Shown here piece after piece: positions 34,595 to 43,890 of a DNA stretch of 64,000 bases. The notes beneath the pieces are model-generated. The model ran no database searches. It saw only the letters and a list, made by a program, of their open reading frames with translations, and was not told where the DNA came from. Source of the DNA: an uncultured Gemmatimonadales bacterium (GTDB lineage Bacteria; Gemmatimonadota; Gemmatimonadetes; Gemmatimonadales; GWC2-71-9); NCBI GenBank assembly GCA_963739455.1, contig CAVUAK010000002.1, forward strand, positions 320,001 through 384,000, read 5' to 3'. The translations under genes were made by a program, and so were the position numbers. Each line of letters starts with the position of its first letter. Positions within the stretch are counted from its first letter, which is position 1.

Positions 34595-35719
34595 TCACCT
34601 GAGCCGATACCTCCTTCCCGGCCGCGACTCCACCACTGAGCGGAGTTCGAGCGAGAGCAGTTCACACAACACCACACCGGCGTCGAGACCGGCATCCCGC
34701 GCGATCAGGTCGACATCGTGTTCGCCCTGCAGGAGCACACCGGCGATGCGCCGTTCCACCTCCGAGAGTCCCTCGGGAATGCGTCGCTTCGGTGCCGCCG
34801 CGGGCGACGGGTGCGTGCCAGCCGCTGGCGCCCCCGGCAACCTGGCCCAGAGATCATCGGCGGTGACGAACGGCGCCGCCCCGTCGCGGATGAGGGTGTT
34901 GGTTCCCTCAGAGGTGGACTCGGTGATCGGGCCTGGCACCGCCAGGACTTCCCGCCCGGCATCGAGCGCCGCGGCTGCAGTAATAAGGGAACCGGAGGTA
35001 TGTGCGGCCTCGACCACCACCGTCACTTGCGCCAGGCCGGCGATCAGCCGGTTCCGGTGCGGAAAGGTGTAGACCTTGGGCCGCTCGCCGGGTGGCATCT
35101 CGGTGAGCAGCAGGCCGTGACGCGCTACTCGTTCGTACAGTGCGCGATTGGCGGCGGGATAGATGACACCGATCCCATTGCCGAGGACGCCGATCGTGTC
35201 GCCACCGTCATCGAGCGCGCGAGTGTGTGCGTGCGCGTCGATTCCCCGTGCCATGCCGCTGACGACCACCGCCGGGACCGCAACGGCGGCATCAACAACG
35301 GCCCGGCAGGCATGGAGTCCGTAGTCGGTGTGGCTCCGGCTGCCAACCACGGCGACCGCCAGCCGGGACGCCAGCGAGACGTTGCCGAGGGCGAAGAGCA
35401 GTTGCGGCGGGTCCGGGATCTGTGCGAGAAGGGGCGGATAGGCATCATCGCCCGGGAAAATGGCAACCACGCCCATCGCCGCGGCGGCGCGCAGCACCCG
35501 TTCGCCAGCCTCGACCGAGGCGCCCTTGATTGCGGTGACGGCGGCCGCCGAGAACCCGGCGGAGCCCAAAAATGCGGACGGCGCCGAAATGGCGCCGAGT
35601 GGGGTGGTGCAGGCTGAGATGATATCGGGAAGTCTCGACCCGATGCCCGGTGTGAGGGCGAGGGCCACGTAGGCCGCTCGCTCTCGCCGGTCGTCAGGTA
35701 TCGTCGCCAGTGTCGTCAT
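34595..35719 (-). CDS. dprA: DNA-processing protein DprA
   Basis: VVGSR, SGMARGID, FPHRNRLIAG, SGSLIT, AVPG. Confidence 0.95.
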   Translation of the reverse strand: MTTLATIPDDRRERAAYVALALTPGIGSRLPDIISACTTPLGAISAPSAFLGSAGFSAAAVTAIKGASVEAGERVLRAAAAMGVVAIFPGDDAYPPLLAQIPDPPQLLFALGNVSLASRLAVAVVGSRSHTDYGLHACRAVVDAAVAVPAVVVSGMARGIDAHAHTRALDDGGDTIGVLGNGIGVIYPAANRALYERVARHGLLLTEMPPGERPKVYTFPHRNRLIAGLAQVTVVVEAAHTSGSLITAAAALDAGREVLAVPGPITESTSEGTNTLIRDGAAPFVTADDLWARLPGAPAAGTHPSPAAAPKRRIPEGLSEVERRIAGVLLQGEHDVDLIARDAGLDAGVVLCELLSLELRSVVESRPGRRYRLR

Positions 35720-36782
35720 CGGCTGGGTCAGGATCGAACAAGGCAGGATCTGCATCGTCGTGGTCTGGCTCGACATACTCGGACTCTGCGGCCGCAGCTT
35801 CACGGCGCGCAGCCTCAACGAAACGCCAGAGAAATTCCTTCAGGTCGTCGAGACCGGTGCCCGCGACACTGGAAATCGTGAAGACCCCTGCGGCGTCGCT
35901 GGCGTCCAGCGTCGGCGCAGGAGCACTGTCGTCAAGGAGATCGGCTTTCGTAAGCACGACCACATGCGGCTTCTGCGCGAGCTCCTCGCTGTAGGTCGCC
36001 ACCTCGCGACGCAGCTGCTCGTACACGGCCTGCGGATCCTCGGCATCGAGCGGCAGCAGGTACGCGAGCACCCGCGTACGCTCGACATGCCGGAGGAAGC
36101 GGAGACCAAGGCCCTTCCCCGCATGCGCGCCCTCGATGATGCCAGGGATGTCAGCCACGACATACGTACGACTGCCGGACAGCCCGACCACGCCGAGGTT
36201 CGGCTCAAGTGTGGTAAAGGGATAGTCTGCGATCTTGGGACGGGCCGCTGAAATGACCGACAGCAGCGTGCTCTTCCCGGCATTCGGCTCGCCCACCAGG
36301 CCGACATCGGCGATGAGCTTGAGCACCAGTTCGATTTCGCGTTCCTGACCCTCGGCGCCCGGCTCCCATTCGCGTGGCGCCCGGTGGGTGGAGGTCGCGA
36401 AGCGGGAATTGCCCCGGCCACCCCGTCCTCCACGCGCCACCAGCAGGCGATCGCCCGCCATGACCTCCCCCAGGACCTCGCCGGTGGAGGTGTCCTTCAC
36501 GACGGTGCCCGGTGGCACCGGCAACTCGATGTCATCGGTGGACGCGCCGGTCTTGTTCTTCCCCATGCCGTGCTGGGCCCGCTCGGCCTTCCATACGTTG
36601 TGATAGCGATAGTCGAGCAGCGTGCTGAGGTTGGAGTCGCCCACGACAAACACGCTGCCGCCCCGCCCGCCGTCACCACCATCGGGCCCGGCCTTGGGCA
36701 TGTACTTGAAGCGCGCGAATGACGAGGCACCCGAACCGCCGGTGCCCGCCACAACCTTGACGGTGGCCTGATCAACAAACAT
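35694..36782 (-). CDS. obgE: GTPase ObgE
   Basis: GPDGGDGGRGG, VGEPNAGKST, YPFTTL, DIPG. Confidence 0.97.
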   Translation of the reverse strand: MFVDQATVKVVAGTGGSGASSFARFKYMPKAGPDGGDGGRGGSVFVVGDSNLSTLLDYRYHNVWKAERAQHGMGKNKTGASTDDIELPVPPGTVVKDTSTGEVLGEVMAGDRLLVARGGRGGRGNSRFATSTHRAPREWEPGAEGQEREIELVLKLIADVGLVGEPNAGKSTLLSVISAARPKIADYPFTTLEPNLGVVGLSGSRTYVVADIPGIIEGAHAGKGLGLRFLRHVERTRVLAYLLPLDAEDPQAVYEQLRREVATYSEELAQKPHVVVLTKADLLDDSAPAPTLDASDAAGVFTISSVAGTGLDDLKEFLWRFVEAARREAAAAESEYVEPDHDDADPALFDPDPADDDTGDDT

Positions 36783-36787
36783 CGATG

Positions 36788-37429
36788 CTAGTTCTCCGGG
36801 GTCCAGCCATCACGCACGCTCCGCCACAGCTCTTTCACCTTGCGCCACGCGTCGAACGAAATCATCGGGTTCACCACCGACAGCACCGCGTCCACCTGCA
36901 TCGGGTCGGCACCGGCATTAAGCGCACCGCGCAGGTGCGAGTGAAGCTGGCGCTCCGTCTCCAGGATCGCGGTCTGTGCCACGGTGCACAGTTCGCGACG
37001 CATGAGATCGAGTCCCGGCCGGGACAGGGTGCGACCATAGCCCTCGGCGATCATCCACTCGTCGACGGCCGGATGCAGGGCTCGCACGTTGTCGCGCAAC
37101 TTCCGGTAGTTGTCGCCATACACGATGGCACAGGTGATTTCTCCCCGCTTCGTCCACTCTGTGTGCGCATCGTATGACGCCTCGGCGTCCAGCGGCGGCG
37201 CTTTTACCCCGCTGAACTTGCGCCACACCGCCATGGCCACGAGGGCTCGCGGATAGCCGCACATGAGGATCGACTGCAGCAGCAGCTCCTCGACCCACAC
37301 CACCGGCACCTGCGCCAGGCGCACGGCACGCACGCGCTCGCGGAGATCGGGCTCATCACCCTGGGCGATTGCTGCCGCGAAGCGCACCAGCTCGCGGGTC
37401 GGGAGGTCGAGACTGTCCTGTTTCGCCAT
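36788..37429 (-). CDS. Carboxymuconolactone decarboxylase-family protein
   Basis: EGYGRTLSRPGLD..RRELCTVA...HLRGALNAG. Confidence 0.8.
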   Translation of the reverse strand: MAKQDSLDLPTRELVRFAAAIAQGDEPDLRERVRAVRLAQVPVVWVEELLLQSILMCGYPRALVAMAVWRKFSGVKAPPLDAEASYDAHTEWTKRGEITCAIVYGDNYRKLRDNVRALHPAVDEWMIAEGYGRTLSRPGLDLMRRELCTVAQTAILETERQLHSHLRGALNAGADPMQVDAVLSVVNPMISFDAWRKVKELWRSVRDGWTPEN

Positions 37430-37440
37430 ACGCTACCTCA

Positions 37441-38487
37441 TCACCGGGCTTCCGCCATCACCGTTCGCACGCCGACCGGTGTCTCGTACTGCAATCCACC
37501 GACTACCTGCAGATACCCCGTTACCTGGCCTCGCGTACTGTGAATCGCGAGCCGGGCATGCCGCTCGACGCCGGGTGTCTCCAGCGCGCCGACCAGGTCG
37601 GGCTCATAGCGCCGAGCCAGGTCACGAAGGATGGCAACCAGCGCCGCCGGCGACGCGCGCATGTCGCCGTCCTCCACCTTGAGCGCCACACCGATACCCG
37701 AGCGCAACAGCACCGCGCTGTAGATGCCATCGGCGCCGAGCTTGACGGCGAGCCGTCCCGGAAGCGCCTCCATCAGGTCGGTGCAGGACCGGCCGGTGCC
37801 GGCCACGAGCCAGGGATGCGCCATCATGGCGCTCCTGATGCGCACCATCGCGGGCTCATCGGTCGTGCCGAACCGCGCGTAGGCCCGTGCCATCGCCACC
37901 AGAGGGAGCGCAAAGCTTACGGCGGTGCATCCGTCCACCCCCAGGCCGATCGACTCGACCGGCTCGCCGCTCCAGCGCGACACTTCCGACAGGATTCGCT
38001 GTTGCAGCGGGTGCTCCAGCCGCTCGTAACCCTGTGTACGCCAGCCGCGATGCAGCGAGATGGCCAGCATCGCGGCGTGCTTGCCGGAGCAGTTGCTCCA
38101 GGCCGGGCTCATGTGGATGCCCTCGCGTGCCACTGTAGCCGCCATCACCGGCGAAAGCGGCACATGCGGGCCGCACGCCAGGTCGGCCTCCGTCCGGCCC
38201 ACCTTGCGCAGCATCCCCTCTGCGAGGGTTACGTGTGCGGGCTCGCTCGAGTGCGAGGCGCAGGCGAGCGCCACCTCAGCATCGGTCAGTGCAAACCGGT
38301 CCGCGGCGCCATCGGCCACAACCGGTAGCGCCTGAAATGGCTTTGCGGCGGACCGCCAGAAGGTGCGCAGCCCGGGATCGCCGGACCGGGCCAGGAGCTG
38401 CCCGGCGGAGTCGACCACGGCCACCGAGATCCGGTGCAGCGATTCCGGCAACCCGCCCCGGGTGGCTTCCGCCCGAAGTTCAAGCAT
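37441..38487 (-). CDS. Asparaginase (Rhizobium AnsA / asparaginase II type)
   Basis: RSAAKPFQ, CASH, NCSGKH, DGC, KLGADG. Confidence 0.9.
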   Translation of the reverse strand: MLELRAEATRGGLPESLHRISVAVVDSAGQLLARSGDPGLRTFWRSAAKPFQALPVVADGAADRFALTDAEVALACASHSSEPAHVTLAEGMLRKVGRTEADLACGPHVPLSPVMAATVAREGIHMSPAWSNCSGKHAAMLAISLHRGWRTQGYERLEHPLQQRILSEVSRWSGEPVESIGLGVDGCTAVSFALPLVAMARAYARFGTTDEPAMVRIRSAMMAHPWLVAGTGRSCTDLMEALPGRLAVKLGADGIYSAVLLRSGIGVALKVEDGDMRASPAALVAILRDLARRYEPDLVGALETPGVERHARLAIHSTRGQVTGYLQVVGGLQYETPVGVRTVMAEAR

Positions 38488-38519
38488 CGGCACAAGATAG
38501 CATGTTAGACTTCCCGTCC

Positions 38520-40035
38520 ATGATTGCCGCCCGATCCCGCCTGATACCGGTACTGTTGGCCGTCCTCGCGGGACCGCTCAGCGCGCAGGGGTCGCCCAAT
38601 GTTCCGCTGGATGACCCGCGTCTCCCCCTGATCGAGTTCCTCATCATGCGGGGGTCCATCCAGGACCCGTCACCGATGCACCGCCCCTTCCGGCGGGCCG
38701 ATGTGGTCGCGTCGATGGAGCGTGCCGACTCGACGCCCGGTGCCGACAGCACCCTGATCCGCACGTTGATCTCACAGTACAAGGAATTGGACGCGCCGAA
38801 TCGATACGCCGTGGGGGTGCGCGGCGGCTTCCAGGCCACGACCACTGATCGCTACCGGGACCTCATGCATCCCGAGGGCAACGGTGGCATCTATCCCTAC
38901 CTCGATGTGCTGCTCGAGGGAGTGTTCGGCCCGGTCGTGGCGGTGAGCCGGCCGGCCATTGAGCCTCGAATTACCGACGATCCCGACTGGCCCGGCAGGA
39001 CCGACCTTACCGTCGCTGGCCGAATGGTCGAGGCCTATATCGGTTTCCAGTTCAAGAACTGGGGCCGGTTCTGGTTCGGCCAGTTCGACCAGAACTGGGG
39101 TCCTATCAACTTCTTCGCCGTACCCCTCAGCAACTTCAGCTACCCGCGCAACTACTTCGGCCTCGACGTCGGCTCGAAGAACGTGCGGCTGGTTGCCCAG
39201 CTGGCCAAGCTGCGCGATGAGACCGATTCGCTGGGCCAGGTCGTTTCGCGCTACCACTTCATGAATCGCCTGGGCGTCCAGTTCTCACCGAAGTGGTATG
39301 TGGCGTTGTGGGGAACAGCGGTTTGGTCGGGCGTCGGGCGCGGGCTGGACGGTACCTTCATGAACCCGGTGAGCATCCTGTTGCTCGCCAACCAGTACGG
39401 CGAGGGTGACAACGGGAATGTCATTGTAGGCGCCGACGTGAGCTGGCGCGTGGCCAAGCGCGCCACCATTCAGGCACAGCTCGCCCTCGACGATCTCCAG
39501 ATCCAGAGCATCGATGATTCCACGTCCTATCCCAATCGCTGGGCCTTCACCATTACCGGCTTCGGCGCACTGGGCAAGAACATGTCGTGGCAGGCGCTCT
39601 ACTCACAGGCATCGAACCTCGCGTTCCGGACCAGCAATGCCCACGACAACTTCGAAGATGGCGGAGTCGGGCTGGGGCGCGGCTTCCCCGACATGGACTA
39701 CCTCAGCCTCAGCGTGTCCATTCCGGTGATGAATCACTGGATGATCACGCCGGACGCCGTATTCCAGCGTCAGGGGCCGTCGCGCATCACCGATCCGACG
39801 CCGACAGACCCGGATATCATTCGAGATACGCCAGCATTCCTGAGCAAGCCGATCGAGTATGGCTACCGCCTCGGCGTCACGTTCAGCGGACGTCAGGGTC
39901 CGTTCGATATCCAGGGTTCGGGAGGGCTGTACCACGTGGACAACGAGCACAACGTCGTGGGCGTGAGTGACACGCGATTCGAGGGCAAGATCCAGGCGCT
40001 GCTTGCGCATCGGCAAGCGGGGAGCGCTCAAGTGA
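38520..40035 (+). CDS. Secreted outer-membrane beta-barrel protein, Wzi-like (frameshift near 40005)
   Basis: Signal peptide ending PLSAQ, amphipathic beta strands, and a MNPVSI...N..VGAD...QLALDD pattern. Confidence 0.6.
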
Positions 40036-41025
40036 TGCGGGAGGCACGTCCGTTGGCGCGCGCGCGCGCCGCCGAGATTGTCGCGCGGTTCTCGACCGCT
40101 CAAGGTTGCCGTTGTCGGCGACCTCATGCTCGACCGGTACCTGCTGGGCGACATCGAGCGGATCTCCCCGGAGGCACCGGTGCCTGTGGTACTGGTGTCC
40201 GACCGGCGTGACGCGCCGGGCGGCGCGGCCAACGTCGCAGCCAACGTCGTCGCGACCGGTGCTCGCTGCCATCTCGCAGGCATCGTCGGCACGGACGCGG
40301 CCGGTGCCGCGCTGCGCGATGCGCTCGCCGGCGCGGGCATTGATACCTCCCGCGTGCTTCCCGTCCAGGATCGGCCGACGACAACAAAGACGAGAGTCGT
40401 GGCCAGGGGACAGCAGGTGTGCCGGGTTGATGAGGAGGTCGCGCACGATATCACCGGTGGGGCCCTGGCCCAGGTCACGGCGCTCGCCCTCGAGGCAGTC
40501 GAGGCGAGCGACATCCTCCTGCTGGAAGACTACGACAAGGGTACGCTCGCGCCGACGCTCATTCCGGTACTCGTCGACCGGGCGAGGAGCCGGCGGATAC
40601 CGATCGTTGTCGACCCGAAATATCGCCACTTCTACAGCTTTGCTGGTGCCACCGTGTTCAAGCCGAATCGACGCGAGCTCGAGTCGGCCCTTGGGGCGCC
40701 GATCGACCATGCATCGCCGGATCCCTACCGATCGGCCTGGAGGCGGGCCAACGCGGAGCACCTGCTGGTTACGCTGGGGTCAGATGGGATGGCGCTGGTG
40801 AGCGCGAAGGAAACGGTGCACGTCCCGGGCATTCGCCGCGACGTCTATGACGTTTCCGGCGCCGGCGACACCGTAACGGCGTGGGTGGGCCTGGCCCTGG
40901 CGGCCGGGGCTGCTATCGAGGAAGCTGCAGTGCTGGCCAACGTGGCTGCCGGCATTGAGGTTGGAAAGCCGGGCGTGGCCACGATTTCGGTTGAGGAGTT
41001 GCTCGCGACCTACGACGCCGGTTAG
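40035..41025 (+). CDS. Heptose-7-phosphate kinase, HldE/RfaE domain I (frameshift near 40095)
   Basis: VVGDLMLDRY, RISPEAPVPV, GGAANVA, DYDKG, DVSGAGDT. Confidence 0.92.
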
Positions 41026-41041
41026 ACTTTCCGCCCCTGAA

Positions 41042-41115
41042 GGGCGATTAGCTCAGCTGGTTAGAGCGCTGGTCTCACATACCAGAGGTCGGGGGTTCGA
41101 TCCCCTCATCGCCCA
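41042..41115 (+). tRNA. tRNA-Val (CAC)
   Basis: Cloverleaf GGGCGAT...ATCGCCC-A; anticodon arm CTGGT-CTCACAT-ACCAG; T loop GTTCGAT. Confidence 0.96.
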
Positions 41116-41117
41116 TC

Positions 41118-41235
41118 GAAGACGTGCGGGCTTGAAGACGTGAGGGCGTGAGGTGGCTCCGAGCCGCTTCACGCCCTTGTCCATTCCCACTCTCCTACCA
41201 CTTCACGTCTTCACGTCCTCACGTCCTCACGTCCT
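41118..41235. repeat. Inverted octamer arrays (CYTCACGT) around a terminator-like hairpin
   Basis: Reverse-complement units at 41118-41153, four direct units at 41201-41232, hairpin at 41142-41178. Confidence 0.75.
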
Positions 41236-41248
41236 GAAGTGCACCCTC

Positions 41249-41345
41249 TTGCGCGATGTCCCGGCAGGGGTACTCTATGGTCGGGAGACCCGATCCGGCG
41301 ATCCCGCATGACCGGCCCTCCCGACGCGTACCACGCCGCACCGGG
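41249..41345 (+). promoter_or_regulatory. Promoter and conserved leader, copy 1
   Basis: TTGCGC-N16-TACTCT; core 41298-41328 is 29/31 identical to 43837-43867. Confidence 0.7.
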
Positions 41346-41355
41346 GGCCCGTTCT

Positions 41356-43659
41356 ATGACTTTGATCAGGGAGTTTCGCCGCCGTACCCTCCTGCTTCTC
41401 TCCCTCGCTGCCATCGCGGGGGTTGCCACAATCTCCGCCTGCAGCAGCGACTCCAACCCGCCAGACGCCGGAAGCCTGGCACTCGCCCTGACTCCGACGA
41501 ACATCAATGTCGCTCAGGGTGGCACGGGCTCATCGGCCGCGTCCATTACGCGCGGCGGTGCGTTTACTGGACCGGTGACCCTGTCAGCAAGTGGTGCCCC
41601 GGCCGGTGTCACGGTGACCTTCAGTCCTGGGCTCATCGCGACCGGCGCCACGTCGGCTGGCATCGGTGTGGCCGTCGATGCGGCGGTGACCGCTGGAGCC
41701 AAGACGATTACCATCAGCGCCGCTGGCACGGGGGTGACCACGGCAACCGCGACACTCACCGTCACGGTGACAACCGCCGCCGCGGGGTCCGTCGTCCTGG
41801 CGCCGAGCCCGGCCACGCTGTCGGCGACGGCCGGCGGAGCCGCGGTGACGTCGGCAATCGGGGTGACACGCACGGCGCCCTTTGCCGGCGCGGTTGACCT
41901 GACCGTGAGCGGAGCTCCCGCCAATGTGACGGCAAGCCTCACTCCCAGCAGCGTGCCGGGTGGGTCCAATTCCTCGACGCTGAGTGTTACTGCTGCTGCT
42001 GGCGCCGTGAACGGCACCTACCCGCTTGTCGTGCGCGGTACAGGCGCCGGCATCGCGGACGCCACCGCCACCATTCCTGTTACCGTGACGGGCGGAGCGG
42101 CCGCCGGTGCGTCCTTCACCTTTGGCACGACCCCGCTGCCGGTAACAGCGGGCGGCGCGAGCAACACCTCGACGGTGACGATCGCGCGCACTGGCACCTT
42201 CGCTCCTAGCGGGGCGCTCAATCTTGCCCTGACCGGAGCACCGGCCGGCCTCACGGCCAGTATTGCCCCGAGCAGCAACGTCACGGCGGCAACTGCGACG
42301 GTGACCGCACAGGCGAGCGCGGCGGTTGCTGCGGGCACCTACAACCTCACCCTCACTGGAACCGGGACCGGAATTCCGAACGCCACAGCGGTTCTGCCTG
42401 TGCAGGTCGCGGGTGGCGGCGGCGGCGGGAACGCGACGTTTACGTGGTGCACCGAAGAAGCTCCCATCTGGGTTGCGTCACAGGACGGCCCCGGCGCCTG
42501 GGGGCAGAGAACGCCAACGAGTGGTTCGACGTACTCGTTCTCGTTCGCGACGGGCAAGGGTGGAGTAGCCTTCGTGCAGGGAAATGCCGTCGACGGCTTC
42601 AGCCTGACCGTCATCTATGCCACACTGGCCGAGTTCTCAGGGGCAGCAGGTGGCGTGGGCGCCGATGGATGCGGAACCAAGACGGTGAATGGAGCAGTGG
42701 CGAGCGTCGGGGCCACCGAGACGGCGGCCATCTACCTCGGATCCGCCAACTCCAACGCGTCCCAGGCAACTCCAAACTTCGTGCTTAGCGATGTACCGGA
42801 TGGGAACCTGAACCTGATGGCGACGCGGACGGCGCTCGGGCAGCTAGCGGCCAATCAGATCATTCTGCGGGCACCCGCGGACCTGGCGAACAACAGCACG
42901 ATTTCGCCTGGGCTCGATTTTGGCACACAGGGGTTCCCGCCGAGCACCGCCTACACCGTCACGGCGAGTAACCTTGGGGCTGACAACGGCATCATCACGA
43001 GTTCCTACCTTGGAAATGGCTCCATCGATGGCGGGATTGGGACGATTGTCGGGTACACCTCCGCATCTGGCGCCGTTACTTACAGCTCGATACCGGCCCC
43101 CCAGACCACTGCGGGTGACCTGCAGGAGTTGCTGGTGTTTGCCGGTGATGCGGGCAACAGCAACGCGGCCAGGTTCGCCGGCCTCTTCTTTCACACGCCC
43201 AGCAACAAGACAATCGCGATGGGCCCTGACCTCGCCACACCCACCGTGAGCAAGGCCGCGACCACCCCTTACCTGCAGCCACGAGCACAACTCGCGCTTC
43301 AGACGGAGTACAACAAGCTGCTGATCGCGGACTATAGTCAGGGCGATCCGGTCGACGTGTCGGCCAGCGTGGCCGCCACAGCAGCCTATTACGGAGCCCC
43401 AGCCGCATGGGACCTGTCGTTGCCCAACCTGTCGACGGTAACGGGCTGGAGCAACACGTGGGGTCTGGTGAACGGCACTCCAACTGACTGGAGCTTGGTG
43501 GCACAGGGCGGAAGCATCTTGCAGATCGGCCCACCGACCGATGGCGGCACCATTCAGTTTGCCGCAGTCTCGAGCGGCTCGACACCACTCACCGTGCGTA
43601 CCAATCAGGCTATGCAGCGCCGGCTGGTCGATCTCTTCAGGCCGCGAGGAAGCCGGTGA
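41356..43659 (+). CDS. Large lipoprotein with three Ig-like repeats, paralogue 1
   Basis: Lipobox ISA-C; repeated ITR..F.G.V.L..SGAP..VT units; C-terminal domain WVASQDG.GAW. Confidence 0.8.
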   Translation: MTLIREFRRRTLLLLSLAAIAGVATISACSSDSNPPDAGSLALALTPTNINVAQGGTGSSAASITRGGAFTGPVTLSASGAPAGVTVTFSPGLIATGATSAGIGVAVDAAVTAGAKTITISAAGTGVTTATATLTVTVTTAAAGSVVLAPSPATLSATAGGAAVTSAIGVTRTAPFAGAVDLTVSGAPANVTASLTPSSVPGGSNSSTLSVTAAAGAVNGTYPLVVRGTGAGIADATATIPVTVTGGAAAGASFTFGTTPLPVTAGGASNTSTVTIARTGTFAPSGALNLALTGAPAGLTASIAPSSNVTAATATVTAQASAAVAAGTYNLTLTGTGTGIPNATAVLPVQVAGGGGGGNATFTWCTEEAPIWVASQDGPGAWGQRTPTSGSTYSFSFATGKGGVAFVQGNAVDGFSLTVIYATLAEFSGAAGGVGADGCGTKTVNGAVASVGATETAAIYLGSANSNASQATPNFVLSDVPDGNLNLMATRTALGQLAANQIILRAPADLANNSTISPGLDFGTQGFPPSTAYTVTASNLGADNGIITSSYLGNGSIDGGIGTIVGYTSASGAVTYSSIPAPQTTAGDLQELLVFAGDAGNSNAARFAGLFFHTPSNKTIAMGPDLATPTVSKAATTPYLQPRAQLALQTEYNKLLIADYSQGDPVDVSASVAATAAYYGAPAAWDLSLPNLSTVTGWSNTWGLVNGTPTDWSLVAQGGSILQIGPPTDGGTIQFAAVSSGSTPLTVRTNQAMQRRLVDLFRPRGSR

Positions 43660-43710
43660 ACCAGGCGTGGCAGGGCAGTACTTGAGTACAGATTGAACGA
43701 GGTTGACGGA

Positions 43711-43754
43711 GAGGGCGTGAGGTGGCTTCGGCCACTTCACGCCCTCGTCGTTTT
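43711..43754 (+). terminator. Intrinsic terminator after lipoprotein 1
   Basis: GAGGGCGTGAGGTGGC-TTCG-GCCACTTCACGCCCTC then GTCGTTTT; near copy of 41142-41178. Confidence 0.75.
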
Positions 43755-43789
43755 CGAAGCGCAAGGTCGCATCGTTCGTCCTCCGCCTC

Positions 43790-43881
43790 TTGCGCGCTCC
43801 CCGCTCCCGGGTAGTCTAGGATCGGGGGCCCGATCTGCGATCCCGCACGACCGGCACTCCCGACGCGCATCATCGCACCGA
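43790..43881 (+). promoter_or_regulatory. Promoter and conserved leader, copy 2
   Basis: TTGCGC-N16-TAGTCT followed by the same leader core as copy 1. Confidence 0.7.
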
Positions 43882-43890
43882 GGGAGTCTC

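Noticed and set aside
41118..41235. CRISPR array
   Set aside because: Units are contiguous 8-mers with no spacers, and no cas genes are present in the window.
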